A stretch of DNA of 64,000 nt, taken from Heterodontus francisci. Its lineage: Eukaryota. The DNA lies in assembly GCF_036365525.1 (NCBI RefSeq), contig NC_090393.1, positions 12,966,785 to 13,030,784 of the forward strand, given 5' to 3'. Positions 62,070-64,000 of this stretch are shown here, in pieces. Within the stretch, counting starts at the first letter, position 1. Every line of letters starts with the position of its first letter. Below the pieces are notes generated by a model. The model did not search any database. It was not told the origin of the DNA and was given only the letters and a program-made list of their open reading frames with translations. Made by a program: the position numbers and the translations under genes.

Positions 62070-62077
62070 CAGTACCA

Positions 62078-62382
62078 ACACAGAGGAAGGCCATTCAGCC
62101 CATCAAGTCTATGCTGGCTTTTTCGAAGAGCAATCCAGTTAGTCCCATTCCCCTGCTCTTTACCCCACATCCTTGCAATTTTTTCTCCTTCAAGTAGTCA
62201 TCCAATTCCCTTTCGAAGGCTACTATTGAATCTCTTCCCATCACCCTATCAGGCAGTGCATTCTAAACAAAACCACTGGTTGCATAAAAAGTTTGTCCTC
62301 ATGTCACCTCTTGTTCTTTTGCCAACCACCTTAAATCTTCTGATTATTGAACCCTTCAGCCATTGGAAATAGCTTCTCTTTT
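62078..62382 (-). mobile_element. CR1 3' end
   Basis: ACACAGAGGAAGGCCATTCAGCCCATC..CAGGCAGTGCATTC..CCACTGGTTGCATAAAAAGTT. Confidence 0.78.
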
Positions 62383-63064
62383 GTTCTAATATTTAGGCAT
62401 CACGGTTGTCAGTTTTGTCTTCACATTTAGCCTCACCGTTAAAAGATTAATAATGTTGCATCGGAAATGAATTACGTATCAGTTGACATGCTGGCAGACC
62501 CATGATATAAAGTCTCTGGAATTCCCTGTTGTCAGGTATTACCAAAGATCAGTGTGAGAGGAGTTAATTTGTCACAGTGCACATTGGTGGGCTGTGTGCT
62601 AAATTGTAGCCTCCGCAAGTAATCAACACGGCCATAGATCATCCTATTCAGTCTCACACAAGCGAGAGCTCCTTTAAACATATTCTGAAGCTTCATTACT
62701 GATGCTACATTCAGTGTAGTGTCCTGACCTAATCTTTTACTCATTGTTCAAGTCCCTGAAAATCTCTGCTAAATGGATTATCACAAGGTGGAAGGCTGTT
62801 AATACTTGAGATTTAAAATCCCATGGGACTCTGTTTCAGCACAGAGTATCTGCTACAACTGGATTACTGCCCTTAAACTTGGACTATTAAATTGTCTTAA
62901 CCTTTCATATCCGGAATTTGCAACAGTCAATATTGGTGGATATTTCCCAGAATGCGTGGGTCTGTATAGGTTATGTTTGTGATGCCGATAAACATATTTT
63001 TGAAATTAGCAACAGTCAAAGAAAGTCTGTATTTTTAGACATGTCAGTCTCATTTTTTTTTTGA

Positions 63065-63330
63065 AAAGGTGTTCATCTCCATTCATGGCATTAGCTGGTG
63101 ACACCTTAAGATTAGAGCCTAGCCATTCAACGATGAAGTTAGGAAGCACTTCTTCACCCACAGGTTGGAATTCTCTCCCCAAAACGCTATTGAGGCTCAC
63201 TCAAAACCGAGATCAATAGATTTTTGTTAGGCTAGGAGGTTAAAGAAGAATAAAGTCACAGAATAGCCATGATCCAATTGAATGGCAGAATGGGCTCAAG
63301 GGGCTGAATGGCCTAGCCCTGCTCCATGTT
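63065..63330 (+). mobile_element. CR1 3' end
   Basis: AGGAAGCACTTCTTCAC..TGGAATTCTCTCCCC..GGGCTCAAGGGGCTGAATGGCCT. Confidence 0.78.
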
Positions 63331-64000
63331 GCTGTGACAGACACCATCAATAGCTGAAAAAGTAGGAGGCCTGCACCCTAGGCCTCCACAATTGCCATTG
63401 CAAAGCCCACATACAGGCAGCCCCAGGGAAGCTGCCTTCGGTAGTGAAGTGGCAGAAATCAGTCCGGGAATTCGGTGCAAATGAGAGTGGAGACGTAAAA
63501 TGTGAAAGATTGTGGGTGCTCACTGTGGCTTATTACTCTGTAGCACCATGTTGGGTTCCAATGTGGATTAAATCTGATTTATGCCAATCTGATTCTCCAG
63601 CTTTTAGTCTGCATATTAAAGGATATTGAGCTTCATTTTAAAACAGAATTGCCAATATTATGAAGTCATGCCAACTTTCTATTAAATTGTGACTCTGACT
63701 TAGTTTGAAGCAGTGAATTAAATGTAGAGTCTTTTGATGTCAGCATCAGCTTTATTGCTAAGTTGAGGGAACTGTAAGTCTCCACAGCTTCCAGTCCAAT
63801 TTCAATTTACCACATATCGTGGGGACATTACGCCTGAAACAGACCATTGCATCTGTTATTCTGCCCAGATACTGTTAGAGAGAGATGAACGAGTACAGGG
63901 AGGGCTCAGTTTCAAAATGAAAAAGAAATGTTTATTTTGTTGGGAGCTTTTAATAAAAAAAAGAATCTGAGCAAAACATCCTGAATCATCAATATGTATT

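Overview
Eukaryotic, gene-poor, repeat-dense vertebrate DNA, almost certainly from an elasmobranch (shark/ray). This is inferred from the repeat set: HE1-like V-SINEs, Deu-domain SINEs (SacSINE1/AmnSINE1-like) and HER1/CR1-type LINE 3' ends. No host protein-coding gene could be recognised; the window reads as intergenic or intronic. Main elements: (1) a decayed, nearly full-length Mag-like Gypsy LTR retrotransposon on the minus strand (2905-9864; 5-bp TSD, tRNA-Leu PBS, PPT) with three nested insertions, plus a copy of its own gag zinc-knuckle DNA pasted into the 5' LTR; (2) a second Mag-like element (48717-53014) with both LTRs, a TSD, gag and integrase but no protease, RT or RNase H; (3) several solo LTRs; (4) about nine GC-rich MITEs with GGGCTGRATTTT TIRs and 3-bp TSDs (PIF/Harbinger-like), one carrying a nested hAT-like MITE; (5) five Penelope-type pseudo-LTR fragments with minimal hammerhead ribozyme motifs, two of them fold-back hairpins with long TSDs; (6) many CR1, L2 and RTE fragments and tRNA-derived SINEs. 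Family names come from recalled consensus motifs, not database searches. Boundaries of old fragments are approximate.
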